Shown here in pieces: positions 17,032 through 17,308 of a DNA stretch of 17,308 nt. Under the pieces are notes generated by a model. That model did not search any database, had not been told where the DNA came from, and saw nothing but the letters and a program-made list of their open reading frames with translations. Origin of the DNA: an uncultured Deinococcales bacterium (GTDB lineage: Bacteria > Deinococcota > Deinococci > Deinococcales > JAAFIG01). The translations under genes and the position numbers were made by a program. Positions within the stretch are counted from its first letter, which is position 1; every line of letters begins with the position of its first letter. The DNA lies in NCBI GenBank assembly GCA_964247135.1, contig CAXTTL010000092.1, forward strand, positions 1 to 17,308, written 5' to 3'.

Positions 17032-17201
17032 AATCTGGTTTTCCTGAATTGCAACAGTAACCCTATGGCGCTGATGCTTGAGACAATGAGAACACCAATG
17101 ACAAACACGGTTATGTCGATGACATTTGATAGCATCAATGCCACCAGGATCAGTAGCAAAATGATCTCAGGGATAACCCAAATCCAAGGAATTTTATTCA
17201 T
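17028..17201 (-). CDS. Small 57-aa protein with two predicted TM helices (not in ORF track)
   Basis: MNKIPWIWVIPEIILLLILVALMLSNVIDITVFVIGVLIVSSISAIGLLLQFRKTRL. Its TGA overlaps the recombinase GTG (GTGA). An extended -10 TGaTATACT lies 9 nt upstream of the ATG. Confidence 0.65.
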   Translation of the reverse strand: MNKIPWIWVIPEIILLLILVALMLSNVIDITVFVIGVLIVSSISAIGLLLQFRKTRL

Positions 17202-17210
17202 GGCTCGATC

Positions 17211-17219
17211 AGTATATCA
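17211..17219 (-). promoter_or_regulatory. Putative extended -10 promoter for the small ORF-recombinase unit
   Basis: Minus strand reads TG-A-TATACT. Confidence 0.5.
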
Positions 17220-17275
17220 TACTCGTGCTTAGTGCAATAAACATAAGTACAACAATGGTGCGAATTCAAATCAGA

Positions 17276-17299
17276 AACTGTTACGCCAACTGTTACGCC
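17276..17299. repeat. 12-bp tandem direct repeat AACTGTTACGCC x2
   Basis: Read directly: 17276-17287 and 17288-17299. Confidence 0.85.
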
Positions 17300-17308
17300 C
17301 CAAATTTA

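Noticed and set aside
17281-17297. Deinococcal RDRM (DdrO) site starting TTACGC
   Set aside because: The second half is a direct repeat, not the inverted RCGTAA half-site.

Overview
Bacterial chromosomal window of moderate GC. It is probably Deinococcota, an inference from the split gcvPA/gcvPB, a Uma2 gene, leaderless-type promoters and the smpB-amidase-GerMN-smc block. On the minus strand is a glycine-cleavage operon (gcvT-[Uma2, AT-rich ORF]-gcvH-gcvPA-gcvPB), followed by a GNAT acetyltransferase and an APH-like phosphotransferase ORF that the ORF track missed and whose catalytic aspartates are replaced. Next come a divergent Lrp/AsnC regulator, a Crp/Fnr regulator, an orphan LolD-like ABC ATPase, the smpB-amidase-GerMN-smc operon, an SDR, and a convergent tyrosine recombinase coupled to an unannotated 57-aa membrane ORF. 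The most striking signal is not a gene. The palindrome CTCGAG occurs about 129 times by manual count, roughly one per 135 bp, against about 4-5 expected by chance. It appears in all three codon phases and in intergenic DNA, so it behaves like a HIP1-type highly iterated palindrome with a different sequence.
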